Positions 63,844-64,000 of a DNA stretch of 64,000 nt are shown in pieces (the stretch's first letter is position 1; every line of letters starts with the position of its first letter). Both the position numbers and the translations under genes were made by a program. Origin of the DNA: Escherichia phage vB_EcoM_ESCO25; the sequence record OM386656.1; one strand, 5' to 3'. The notes beneath the pieces were generated by a model. The model saw only the letters and a program-made list of their open reading frames with translations, was not told where the DNA came from and did no database searches.

Positions 63844-64000
63844 ATGATCACCGCAAAACAAGAAAAAATCATTATCGACGTTGCAGCCGTTGCTGCTATT
63901 GCTATTATTGGATCTTATTATGACACCGCGCGTCCTTCCTCCTTGCATGAGGTCGCCGCCGTTGCATCAGTTGGCGTACTGTTTTACGTTGGTAAACGCT
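63844..64000 (+). CDS. early-region protein, 3' end beyond window
   Basis: ATG 63844 after promoter-hairpin unit (SD AAAGG); hydrophobic N-terminus; runs off window end. Confidence 0.45.
   Translation, partial: MITAKQEKIIIDVAAVAAIAIIGSYYDTARPSSLHEVAAVASVGVLFYVGKR

Noticed and set aside
58800-64000. CRISPR array interpretation of the repeated hairpin elements
   Set aside because: Repeats are spaced 200-900 bp apart, not about 30 bp; each is coupled to a promoter and an ORF with SD; repeat sequences fall into three diverged families
1-64000. Temperate lifestyle (integrase, CI-like repressor, attachment site)
   Set aside because: No integrase, recombinase or repressor motifs recognised in any ORF; gene content is typical of a virulent phage
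1-64000. Assignment to a T4-like or T5-like lineage
   Set aside because: The replicase is T7-like (family A polymerase, gp4-like primase-helicase), not T4-like family B; the tail-gene repertoire and Ter cluster do not match T5. Lineage is left unassigned without a database search

Overview
The window is a gene-dense segment of a large, apparently virulent tailed dsDNA phage genome: about 100 protein-coding ORFs, with no tRNA, rRNA, CRISPR array, integrase or transposase recognised. All functional calls come from reading motifs in the ORF translations by eye; no database search, fold prediction or composition statistic was run. Layout: (1) 0.1-16.8 kb, + strand: tail/baseplate module with several distinct fibre and spike proteins (Calx-beta-like, baseplate J-like, beta-helix tail spike, collagen-like fibre, Ig-like fibre). 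(2) 16.9-51.9 kb, - strand: replication and accessory genes. These include an SSB whose C-terminus is almost identical to the E. coli SSB tail (DFDDDIPF), a T7-like family A DNA polymerase, an NPPF-motif methyltransferase, a T7 gp4-like primase-helicase, a glycosyltransferase cluster with one frameshifted tandem paralog, a secreted SleB-like hydrolase, a tellurite-resistance-like cluster (TerD, vWA, TelA-like, SprT-like peptidase, TerC, macro domain, PRTase-like, HAD-like), anaerobic RNR NrdD/NrdG, a MazG-like protein, a UvrD-like helicase and many small ORFs. (3) 52.0-58.2 kb, + strand island: small ORFs, an AAA+ ATPase, a Cys-repeat protein with a T5orf172-like C-terminus, and a NADAR protein. 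(4) 58.2-58.8 kb: AT-rich region with direct repeats and clustered dyads. (5) 58.8-64 kb: a GC-richer segment (judged by eye) holding a tandem array of sigma70-type promoters, each followed about 10 nt later by a GC-rich stem-loop, an SD and a small ORF. The same promoter-hairpin unit also precedes terC. The promoter-hairpin array is the strongest candidate for a previously undescribed system; the ter-like cluster and the ATPase/Cys-repeat pair are the next candidates.
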